From: Epithemia pelagica
Lineage: Eukaryota; Protista; Bacillariophyta
Direction of reading: 5' to 3'
DNA length: 64,000 nt
Assembly (NCBI GenBank): GCA_946965045.2
Contig: OX337229.1
Location: forward strand, 1,736,001-1,800,000
In this document: positions 11,355 through 21,517 of the stretch, one piece after another
How the letters are laid out: every line of letters begins with the position of its first letter
Position numbering within the stretch: the first letter of the stretch is position 1
Notes under the pieces: model-generated
The model's database searches: none
Told to the model about the DNA's origin: nothing
What the model saw: the letters and a program-made list of their open reading frames with translations, nothing else
Program-made: the position numbers and the translations under genes

Positions 11355-13133
11355 TCATCTGTATTCTAAGGTCATGACCGACGATTCATCTGGAGATATC
11401 CAAATGGTCCGTTTGATGAAGCCAATGGTCCACTCATTCCCCAAAGCCGATCCATTGCAATAAATTTCGCCAATTAGCAAGGAAGGAGAAGGCACTTTCA
11501 TGGACAAGTACTTTTTGAGCACTCCAATCCGGATATTCCCAGGAACTTCAAGAAAAGGTTTTTCGAGAGGCGGTGGTGGTGGAGGGGGTGCGGACGGATC
11601 ATCGACAATAACAGGCGTACCTGTCGTTGTGGGGGGTCTAGACTGCGGTTTCACATTGGATGAAGCATTGGAAGGACTGGTATTGTCTTTGGCTGGAACC
11701 AGACAAATTTGTTCTGTCTTTGCTGCTGTCCTTTGAGCATCTGGAGAAGCCACAGAGCTCGAGTTAGGGTTGGCGTCCTTAGTGGTTTGTGTTTGGCAGG
11801 CATTTCGTGTCTTGACACTGTTGCCCTTCAAGGAACACATGGGTGCTAAGCGGCGTTTGGCGTCATTGTCATTCTCTTGTGCATCAGCGTTATTTGGTTT
11901 CTTTTTGATACCTCGGCTTTCGTAAAAGGCAAGTTCGTCGTCTTCATCTGCCTCTGCCATGTCGACAAACAATGTTTTATCCATCAAACGCTCCAAAGAG
12001 CGATCTGGCATAACATGCTTCCTCCAATCACTGCCTAGGTAGTCATTACAAGATGGGCAGCAGTATCCACCACCGTTTCTCAGCTCTTCCGTATCTTGAG
12101 AGGCAATGGCCAGAACCAGACAAGATTTGCAAAATGTATGCAGACATTGTTTTGTAACGGTAAATGGTTCACGAAAAAATCCGTTGCAGAGAGGACAGAC
12201 AAAAAGGTGTCGAATGGGCTCCACAGAGAATTCTATTAAATCTCGAAGATACTGTCCTCTTTTCAAAATCCGAGGACGACAGTCCATCCCAAGGGAACCG
12301 TTGTCGCTACTGTCGTCGGATGAGCAATATTTGTATTTTCCTCCTCGTTGTGGATTGTTCTCCCCGTCGCCTCTTTTCAGTTTCCCTTTTCTCTGAGAGG
12401 AGCCTTGTATTCTGCGTGTCGATAAAGCTTCCTCGTCATCGTCGCCTTCTGCGTTTCCACCAGGTTGTTGTTCCCCGTTTAGAGCATCGTGATCATCATC
12501 CTCATCGTCATCTTGATAAACATGCCCCCGAATAAATCGATGTACTGGAGTCCTTCTACTTCTTCTGGTGCGAATAATTCTAGAAGCAGACAACTGCTCG
12601 TCATCGTCTTCTTCTTCTGCGTTCGATGAAAAGTGAGGATCATGTGGAAGGTCATTGCCCTCATAATAGCTGATTCTGTCGTGAGTTTTACGCTTCCTAT
12701 TTATCTCCTCCTCGATCTCCTTCCCGCTGAAATAGATTTTGTCTCCGACGCGCACTTTCAGGGTTGTTTCGTTAGTGATTATCCCGTGAGAATCCAAGGA
12801 CCGCCCCCGTCCTCGAGAGACATTGGCTCGAGAATCGCCTTTCTTGATAACTTCGTTGGTCTCTTCGTCGAAATCCACCATCTCAAATTCTTCTTCGGAA
12901 TCTTCCTCTTCAGAGAGTGTTTGTACAGCTGACCGCGGTCTCTTCGACCCAAGACGTTTGGAGGATCCGTGATGTGCTTGTCCGTCGTCGTCTCCAATGC
13001 CAGGCATAAGGGCGAAAGACGATGCAGATGCCGCCAACGCGGCAGCTGTGTCCCCTCTTGTTCTCCTTCTCCCCATCGAAGCCGCCTCTCGGCGCACAGC
13101 CGCCCGGTTACGAGTCACAATCTTGTCGTTCAT
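11355..13133 (-). CDS. PCGF: Polycomb group RING finger protein (PCGF/BMI1/DRIP-like) with C-terminal RAWUL domain
   Basis: C3HC4 RING CPLCNGFFREPFTVTKQCLHTFCKSC...CPSC; C-terminal PFLEVPGNIRIGVLKKYL...EIYCNG..LGNEWTIGFIKRTIW...LEYR typical of RAWUL. Confidence 0.8.
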   Translation of the reverse strand: MNDKIVTRNRAAVRREAASMGRRRTRGDTAAALAASASSFALMPGIGDDDGQAHHGSSKRLGSKRPRSAVQTLSEEEDSEEEFEMVDFDEETNEVIKKGDSRANVSRGRGRSLDSHGIITNETTLKVRVGDKIYFSGKEIEEEINRKRKTHDRISYYEGNDLPHDPHFSSNAEEEDDDEQLSASRIIRTRRSRRTPVHRFIRGHVYQDDDEDDDHDALNGEQQPGGNAEGDDDEEALSTRRIQGSSQRKGKLKRGDGENNPQRGGKYKYCSSDDSSDNGSLGMDCRPRILKRGQYLRDLIEFSVEPIRHLFVCPLCNGFFREPFTVTKQCLHTFCKSCLVLAIASQDTEELRNGGGYCCPSCNDYLGSDWRKHVMPDRSLERLMDKTLFVDMAEADEDDELAFYESRGIKKKPNNADAQENDNDAKRRLAPMCSLKGNSVKTRNACQTQTTKDANPNSSSVASPDAQRTAAKTEQICLVPAKDNTSPSNASSNVKPQSRPPTTTGTPVIVDDPSAPPPPPPPLEKPFLEVPGNIRIGVLKKYLSMKVPSPSLLIGEIYCNGSALGNEWTIGFIKRTIWISPDESSVMTLEYR

Positions 13134-13492
13134 CGATTTCTTCGTTTTTGTCGTTGGGTGTTATTAGTGTTTCTCTTGATCTCAAAATCCAATTTCCACT
13201 ATCCTCAAAGGAAAAGGAAGGGGCCATGGTCAATTGTTTGTGTGACAATTGAAATCGCAACGGACCAAATTCTGGCACGAGAGAGGGGGGAGCAGGACAC
13301 TCTTCATGGAAGTTTCTGGGGGTGCCCCCAGTATCTTTGAAAGATCCGAACCAAAAACGGTTCGCAGATTTGGCGCATCATTTGACACCTCTGTGCTTGA
13401 TACATGGTATCAGTCATCGTCCCCATTGCAAAGGACTTCACCCATTAATAGAACCACCAGCATCAGAAGACTTGCAGCATACAAGAACAAGC

Positions 13493-14650
13493 ATGATGAT
13501 GATTACTCGAAGCTCATCGCACATTCTACGAATCCAAGTCACCAGCAGGAATTCCCAGCGCTGGTTGCCTTCGAGTGTTGTCCGCTCTACCACTGACAAT
13601 CACGTCGAACGTCGTCTTTGGACTTTACGTTCGTCGTCGAGCACAAAGGCCGCCACCGCAAAATGGACATCTGCTACATTGAGTCAGCAGGCATCATCTC
13701 TATACCAGAAAACGGCATCTTACATGGGCATGCTCGTGGCGTTGGGGGTCGCTACTGTGGTCGTTCACGAACTCAACGAACACAATGTCTCTGCTCGTAC
13801 TTTATTGGATGCTGGTCGTAAGGGATCTCTGATGGGAGGCGATATCATTCAAACTGGAACTCCTGTTTTGGAAGCCTCGACCGGAATCTTGTTTCCTCTC
13901 GTATGCAATGGCTTTGACTTTACTGGTTGCGGAGTCCGTGTCAAGTGGGGTCTCATCAAAGTCTATGCCGTGGGTACCTATATGGATCGAATTGCCATGA
14001 GTGCCGTTAAGAAATCCAGGGATCCAGCCACCTTGCAAGAGGCCTTGCTGAATCCGGATTATCCTCGGACGATTCGGATCGTCATGGCTCGAGACTTATC
14101 TGTCAAAAAGTTTACCTCCGCCATTGTCGAAGCACTTGAACCACGCATGAAGGGACAAGATTTGGAAAAGTAAGTGTTGCAAGATTGAGGGATTGAAAGT
14201 ACTAGCGACGTGGATGTTTGTGTCTCGATTCAATGTGGCTTTTGAGTCGTTGCTTTTGTTCTCGTCGTGGTTTCTAATCGAAAAGTTCTTGTTGCATGCA
14301 CTTTTGATATCTTATTGATTGTTAACTCTGATTCTCTCATTATTGACTGATAACTTTCATGATTGGAACGATTGCATCTTATTGGATGGTCTTTCTGGTG
14401 TTGGACTAATGACAAATTCAGATTGGAAGAGTTTCAGAAACTCATGCCTCCAGTGGATTTGATCAAGGGCTCTGAGATGCTTATGACGATTCGTGGCGAC
14501 AGTCTCTTGTTTAAAAACGCAACGGGTGGTATTGGAGAAATCCGTTCTCGCGTCTTTACTGCGGCCATGTGCGACGTCTACTATGGTAAAGATGCCGTGT
14601 CTCCGTCTCACAAAGGTGCCGTCGTGGAGGGTGTCTTCAAACGGCTTTAA
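13493..14650 (+). CDS. Chalcone-isomerase-fold protein (Aim18/Aim46/FAP-like), probably mitochondrial, 2 exons
   Basis: GCGVRVKWGLIKVYAVGTYMD...RIVMAR motif; intron 14170-14421; R/S/T-rich N-terminus and one hydrophobic segment. The start codon is inferred. Confidence 0.75.
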
Positions 14651-15631
14651 GGAACACAAAAGACACGGATGAACAGCAGGTCGTCGATTTCCTTACGTCA
14701 TAGTATGGTTGGATCAGTCATGCTTCTTTGTATAAGGATAAATAACTTCCTAACTGGAACTGTTCCAAGTTCCAATCATAGTTGTGAAAGTGGAACTGTT
14801 TCGGTTCGGACTTCCGACAAGAGTTCATAGATGGGACCACATGTGCACCCTTTCATTGCAGTGGTACCTTGTTCCCCCATAATTTTGCTTGCTACCAGAA
14901 AAATTTAATTTATCCACGGAAGACCAACATCAACGTTTTCGACGCATTTGCAATAATCGTGGCAACAAGAGTTGGAGCAATTTGACTCTTTCATTCTTTC
15001 AGAAGAGTATGGTATACAACTGGGGAACTAGGTGCCTCTTACTATCAAGCATTCATTTTGAAATACGACTGGCGGCAATCACAGGATAGAATTGCACTGA
15101 CGCATGAGACTCCTTGTTGTTCGAATCTTCACAAGGCTCTTTCGTTCGTTTGAGAAATTCTGACACAAGAAACAGAGCAAGGTCGCGTGGGGGGCTCCCC
15201 CGGCTCGCTGTAAGAATTCCTTAGGGAGAAGACATTGCATCACGACCAACCAAGTCCCGCCAGCTGATAGTGGGCTTCGATTTCGTTCGTGTCCGGTACA
15301 CGGAACAAAGACACGTGTAACGGCTGTCATTGTCGTAGAGTACAGAACCAATCACAGTATCAGTCGCGGAAGGCTGTCCACCCAAAGACACCAGCCACAA
15401 CATCGCCACAATCGCCGGATTTCTGGATGACCAGCCGACAAACAACCACAGGACAGTTCCTCTCCTGTGTCGAGCAGAATTCTAGTTCATTTCCTTGCTT
15501 GGTGAGGTTGGAACATTCGAAGAGACAAAAAGAGAACGCAAGGTCTTAGCACTGTGCGTCAAAGATAACTTGATCAATTCATCAGATTCTGTTGAGTCCA
15601 GAACACCAGGTATCTTTGCCAAAATATCAAA

Positions 15632-17212
15632 ATGCAGTTGCCAGGGCAACTCCTTGTTTTATATCGGCTTCTTGGCCTGTCGATTCTTTTGAATGTTGCT
15701 TCATCCGCAACTGTAGTGAAGCAAGTGATTGTTGTTACTCGACATGGCTCAAGATTTCCTTTACGTAAAGATGCGAACGATCTTTCCGAGGGCACTGCTG
15801 GAATGTTGACTAACGCTGGACAGAGCCAAATGTACAAGTTAGGAGAGTGGTTGCGCGACCATTACGCCTCGACGGGGATCTTTACCACCTTCGACAGAGA
15901 AAAGATGCGCTTAGAGAGCTCTTCCTTTGAACGCACCGTCTCCTCGGCCAACTCCTTGGCTTGGGGGTTGTTTCCACCTGCAGCTCGTGATCCCAATGGG
16001 GAGTCGACTACTCCGTATCCTGCCAACGTTCCAGTCTATACGTATGATCAAGACAACGATATGCTCATTCGAGCCTACGACAAGTGCACGACCTTTCAAA
16101 ACAGATTGACTTCCTTGTATAACAGTGTTGACTGGAGAAATCTGGAAATCACAAACAAAGCTCTCCTCACTAAGTTGGCCGCGACCACTACGTTCCAACC
16201 TTACTCGAACAGTGCTGGAATTGTGCCCTTGTCGAATCTTTGGAACGTGTATGATACCATTAAGGTGGCCGAAACGGAGTGTCCAGCTGGAGCGTCAGAA
16301 TTTTCCGCCGCTTGCAACGCTCTTCCGGATAAAGATGCTGCTACCCTCTTGTCGGATACTGAGTGGACCAAAGTCCAGGAATTGTCCCACAAAGCAGAAG
16401 TTCTAAAGTATGGGCAAATTACCGCTGGTCCTATGGTGGGTGTCATGTTGTTGAAGGAGATTGTCCGTCGTATGAAGAATAACGATTACACTTTTAGCCT
16501 TTTCTCGGGCCATTATCCCTTATTGTTGGGTATCTTTTCTGCGCTTGAAGACGATTTCTTTGAAGATCAAGTCATCCCCGACTATGCCTCGGCCCTCATT
16601 TTTGAAGTCACGGAAGATACGGTTACAGGAGCGCAAAACTTTCAGCTCATTTTCAGATCGGGACAGCAATCTATCCCGGTTCCCCTGGATAGCATTTGTA
16701 ATGGCTCGACGTGCGATGTGGCAGACTTGGATTTCTTTTTGAAGGACTGGGATGCCGAACGTTGGTGTCGAGTTTGCGCCAATGACTCCACCGCAGAATG
16801 CTTGAAGTACGAGCTCGCGAAACAGAAGCAGCTCAATAATAACCCGACACCGTCTCCTCCGGGTAATCCTGCCCCATCTCCCAGTTCCTTGGCCGGATCA
16901 AGTGACGATGCTGGTGACGACGGTATTGACGATGGTGTGTCCGCGGCCATTGGATTTTTGATTGGTTTGGCTGTGGGAGGTTTCTGTGTTGGCGCCCTGG
17001 TCTATTGTATGATGTATGCTCGCAAGGCCAAGCAACACAAGACGGCTCTCGAACAGGACAAAGATGTGGCCACCACCGCCATGGAAAAGATGGGCGAGGG
17101 AACCCCGGAAGATGCCTTGGCCTCGTATGAAGAAGGAAGTTCCAATGGTACAAACGGTACAACACCATCGGTGGAAACCCCTCCGGAAGTGACACCTCGT
17201 ACCCTTGATTGA
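15632..17212 (+). CDS. Histidine acid phosphatase (branch 2), signal peptide plus C-terminal TM
   Basis: VVTRHGSRFP (RHGxRxP), SSSFERTVSSA, signal peptide, PTPSPP linker and TM AAIGFLIGLAVGGFCVGALVYCMMY. Confidence 0.85.
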   Translation: MQLPGQLLVLYRLLGLSILLNVASSATVVKQVIVVTRHGSRFPLRKDANDLSEGTAGMLTNAGQSQMYKLGEWLRDHYASTGIFTTFDREKMRLESSSFERTVSSANSLAWGLFPPAARDPNGESTTPYPANVPVYTYDQDNDMLIRAYDKCTTFQNRLTSLYNSVDWRNLEITNKALLTKLAATTTFQPYSNSAGIVPLSNLWNVYDTIKVAETECPAGASEFSAACNALPDKDAATLLSDTEWTKVQELSHKAEVLKYGQITAGPMVGVMLLKEIVRRMKNNDYTFSLFSGHYPLLLGIFSALEDDFFEDQVIPDYASALIFEVTEDTVTGAQNFQLIFRSGQQSIPVPLDSICNGSTCDVADLDFFLKDWDAERWCRVCANDSTAECLKYELAKQKQLNNNPTPSPPGNPAPSPSSLAGSSDDAGDDGIDDGVSAAIGFLIGLAVGGFCVGALVYCMMYARKAKQHKTALEQDKDVATTAMEKMGEGTPEDALASYEEGSSNGTNGTTPSVETPPEVTPRTLD

Positions 17213-17461
17213 GGACACTGTGACGTATGCGAAAACGTGTTGCCGGACCGTCGTGCTCCAAGTTTGACGGTACGGCGTATTTACAAATTGATAATATAAC
17301 TGGTTCAAAAGCAAAAACATGGAGGATAGAATGCACTGGTTGATCTGCATTCCCTCCCAATCATTGAAACTACTCCTACCCCCTAACTACTCCTACATAT
17401 GATAAGACATTAGAATTGAATCAAGATCTTGAGAAACATGTCCCTGCGCAATCAGTCTATA

Positions 17462-17603
17462 TGTTTCGTTCCGTTCGTAACAAGAAGATTAGTAATTATA
17501 CCTAACGTAACGTGTATCATGCAAAAGTAGTAAACCAGTAAACGGTAATTCCCCCAAAGATACTCTCCAACATCCGGGTAGCCCCACCGACCCGAATGAA
17601 ACA
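17462..17603 (-). repeat. 3' LTR of element C
   Basis: 140/142 identical to 23440-23581; ends TGTTTCGTTC / GAATGAAACA form an imperfect inverted repeat. Confidence 0.95.
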
Positions 17604-17622
17604 GTCCCCGCAAAGTGTACAA

Positions 17623-20600
17623 TCACACCTGTTGTTCGCTTTGTTCCCCCGCATCTGGATGAGTGGTGGGGGGCCCCGCATTTCCGAAGGCGGAAGAGTA
17701 TGTAAATTGCGATATCAAGTCATTGCGCCGAGAACGCGGCAACAACTTGGTGAATAAGTCGGCGAGATTAGTTTCGGTGTCTTCCTTCCCGACTCGAATA
17801 ATGCCAGCAGCAGCCGCTTCCCGCACAGCGTGGTAATTTATTGCGTTGTGTTTCTTGTTCAACACAGAAGACGGGACGCTAGTGTTCTTCACCACACCGC
17901 GGTTGTCACAAAGAACGTTCGCGGCCCCGACGATTGGTACGCCAAACATCCAAAGCTTGTACCTCATCCCAACAATCAACTCTTTGGCAATGCGCATTGC
18001 CACAAATTCACTGCCGAAGCTCGAAGTTTCCACCGTGTTCTGACGTTTGGAGAACCACAGGATCGGTGCATTTTGCATCATGATCAAGATTCCCGAGTGG
18101 GACCGCCTGGTGACGACGTTGCCAGCATGGTCAGCGTCCACGAAACACGTGATCGTAACCGGATTCCCCAGTGGCTCGGGCATGTCCGCTGGAATTTGTT
18201 CCGCTACGTCCCCGTAGAACTCCTTCCATTCATCCATCGGTGCCTGCGAAAAACATGCCTCGTCCAGTATCACCTCCTTCGGATCGAACACGAGTTTGAG
18301 TTTGGCATGCTTCTTGAGGAACGCGAAGATCGAGTATACCGCCTCGAGGTGACCCTTGCGGGGATTTGCCAGATATTGAGACATGATAGCTACCTCGAGG
18401 TATACATCGACGCGTCCGAGCTCCACAGCCCACCGTAATATGCCAATCAACTGCTGGTACCTTGCCCTCAGTGTTTCTCCCAACTCCTCTGTCGTATCCA
18501 ATTCCGGTTTGTACGATGTCTCGATTGGCACTCGGGCGGTCGTCTTGAGGTGCCGGCCGTCCCCGTCTTCCTTGAGCAATTGTTCGACTATCCTTATTGC
18601 ATTGTTCACGTACTTTTCGCTCGACATACCCCAGGCACTACTACGGTCTGGTAGGTTGTGACGATAAACCTGCGCGCCCAAGTATGTTGATGGTGGACCA
18701 ATGCTTCCCTTCTTGATCTTATAAAGCTTGTCTATCTCCTCGAATACCGGCTTTGGTTTGTCGCTGACCAATAGTAGGTCATCCACGTAGACCAAGATAA
18801 GCTCGTAGTAAGGCTCACCACTTGCCCGTTGCTTCTTTCTCCTTAATACGCAAGGGTCTGCCCTGGTATCGACAAATCCCATGTCATATAGCGTATTCAA
18901 TAGTGTTGCGCGCCAACTCGCTCCGGACGATTTCAGTCCATATAATGCCCGGACCATAACACATACTTTGCCCTGAAACTCTGCACCGACTTCTGCTCCG
19001 CCCAAAAACCAAATCTTTTCCCGACATGGTGCGTTTAAGTACGCATTCCCGATGTCACAAGCCAACACATCTAGGTCATTCAACGCTGCGATCAGAAACG
19101 CCACACGGATTGAGTCCCGGCTTACGACGCTGGAGTACGTTAAACTTGCCGGTGCATCCGTCATGTGCCCACCGGCAACTAGTCTAGCTTTCCGTGTCAA
19201 GTCCATCTTGACGTCAAACACCATGTGGCATTTGATCTCGGTGTAGCCTATCAACTGTCGCCCGCCAATGAAACGCTGGCTCTTGCTCCAACCCTTGTGC
19301 TATTATATACTCCGCGACCTCTATCGGGTAGCCATCCTTTGCTTCTCGCAGCGGTATCCAGGACTGTGATCCGTCCTTCCATTCAATTGCCAGTTCCCAA
19401 CCTTTCGTCGTCCTTTTTGGTACTCGGTTTCCATTCTTGGACACAACGAACCCGTCTTCTCTACTCACGGCGTCCCCGTTTTTCCTGTGTCCCACGATCT
19501 CTTTCATGATGGCAAACTGTCTCCCTTGGTCATCTATCTGCGAGTACAGAGACTCGGCTATTACGTTCGCCGTGTACTCGTGTACCACACCGCCTGGGAA
19601 GCTCATCTCGTAAGCTCTGTCGTCGAATATTGGATTTCTGTGCTTCGTACCAATCGGTTTTCCGTCTAACCCTTTCTTCCTTTTTACCACGGTTCCAAGA
19701 AGCTTCTCCCCTCCCACGTCCAATTGAATTTGAGCTCCCAGGTAGTTGTCGTACTCTTCCTCCAGGTCTTCCACGTCAGGTTTTTCCTCTTGAATCATCT
19801 TTCCATATTCCTTGTCCGTTGGAACGACACCCTTTTGAACATGATCTTCGGGCATTGGCTGCAAATCTTCGAGGAACCCTGGCCCCATGCTTTCCCAATC
19901 CGTAAAATTTCGATCATCCAGTCTATTCTCAACAATCATCCTAAATTCCTGAATCCTTTCCGCCATCCGCGGCTCGGCCTGTTCCTCTGCCGTTACATGT
20001 TGCACAGTAGTTCTAGCCAAGACCTTGCCAGACTTGGTAAGCACCCAATAACACATGTCGCTCCCGATCCTGTGCGCGATTCCCAACCAAAAACCCAGGT
20101 GCCTCTGTTCCTCAGCCGTATCCGCTTTGGAGTTGTCGTGGTACCAAACGAGGTCGAAAAAGGAGAAGTCGAGCCACTCCGATATATCTGGTGTGTCACC
20201 AGTGAGTCGCTCCAAACCGGAACGGTTGTCCTGTCCCCGTGCGACGCGACTGAGAATGCCAGATTCATGGGCGAGACCGTAGTCCCAAAGACGGGGTGGA
20301 ACCCGACAATCAACCATGCGACGATGCCATCGCTGTTTCAAAACGCCGATCTCACGTTCCGCGCGGTGGTTTTGTTTGCTAGTACCCTTCTCGGCCCATT
20401 TGAGATCGATACGGTGAAACCGTGCCAGTTTCGTGAACTGTGTCTTGGGACCAGTCTGCTCACCAGCAAGGTCCGCAGTAAGACCATCAGGTACACCAAC
20501 CTCATCAATGAACTTGGCAAGACTCTGCCCGACGTCAGCTTTCGATGTTAACGGGTATACAGCCGTAAATTGGCCATCCGTGAACACTTGCGCGCACTTG

Positions 20601-21517
20601 TTTCCAGCTAAGGAGGTGGTTTGAGAAAATAGTGTGTCCGTATAAAACCGAGTGTTCAATCGGTGTCTGTGTAAAGCCAAGTTATCCACCCGATACCGTC
20701 TTGTAATAGGGTTGATAGCAGTGCGGATACCTTGTTGGGTGGTCACTCGGAGCGTTCGTCGTGCGGATTCCAGTCCAATCATCCATTTCTTACTGAGATT
20801 TTCTGGGGAAACTGACGAATGACGGTCAGTCGTAATATTTCTCACATGGCGCTCATCGGCGAGTCTCTGAGCCATAAGTCGCGGGTCGCACGCACTGGAC
20901 ACCAGTCCAATTTCTAACGCGATGTCTTCATGCGCGTCATCGTAGGGGTCACGACTTGGCATAGCAAGATCAACCGAACGCGGGTCCCATACCTCCTGGC
21001 GTGTCAACGTAATGGCTGGTAACGTCTCGATCTCGTGACTGGTGGGCGCACGTGACTCGAAAAAGATCGTGGTTCCCCGCATTTCAAACGGAATGTGCAA
21101 TCCTTCTGCCACTATACCGAATCCTTCATCTTCCTGACGAGTTGGATCATAGCGAACCGAATGACCAGCATACCGGATTTGATTCTGGTTTAACAAAGTT
21201 TTCCTTAAAGAACTACCAAACCAGAGCATTTGATGCCCAATCAGTATATATTCCGCCCCCGATACCTTGTCTCTGATGCATGTTGCACATGTGGCAATCG
21301 GTACGTGTCAAGATGCTGCCTGCTTTCCCATGAAGTCACTAACCTTGCACTCCATTCCCGTGGTTTCGACTAAAGTCCAGTTTATTCCGGCACACGAAGT
21401 GTCTGCCATAGTATCCATTTCATTGTTCCCGATTGTGCCAACATGACAATCCACCGTATATTCCACTTGCCCAATGGCCACTTGCCTCGGGCCGCATATG
21501 ACCATGGACGCCTGGCG
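17623..21517 (-). pseudogene. pol: pol of element C (PR, IN, RT, RNase H), disrupted
   Basis: PR EMDTMADTSCAG; IN FYTDT..LTADLAGE..HRAEREIG; RT KARLVAGG, ALYGLKSSG, VYVDDL; RH FVDADHAG..RSHSG, CDNRGV, NLADLFTK. In-frame TGA at 21308-21310 and a frameshifting deletion near 19260. Confidence 0.9.

Noticed and set aside
14755-14767. Palindrome TGGAACTGTTCCA with nearby partial copies
   Set aside because: The spacing does not fit a heat-shock element (GAAnnTTC) and it is short enough to occur by chance.
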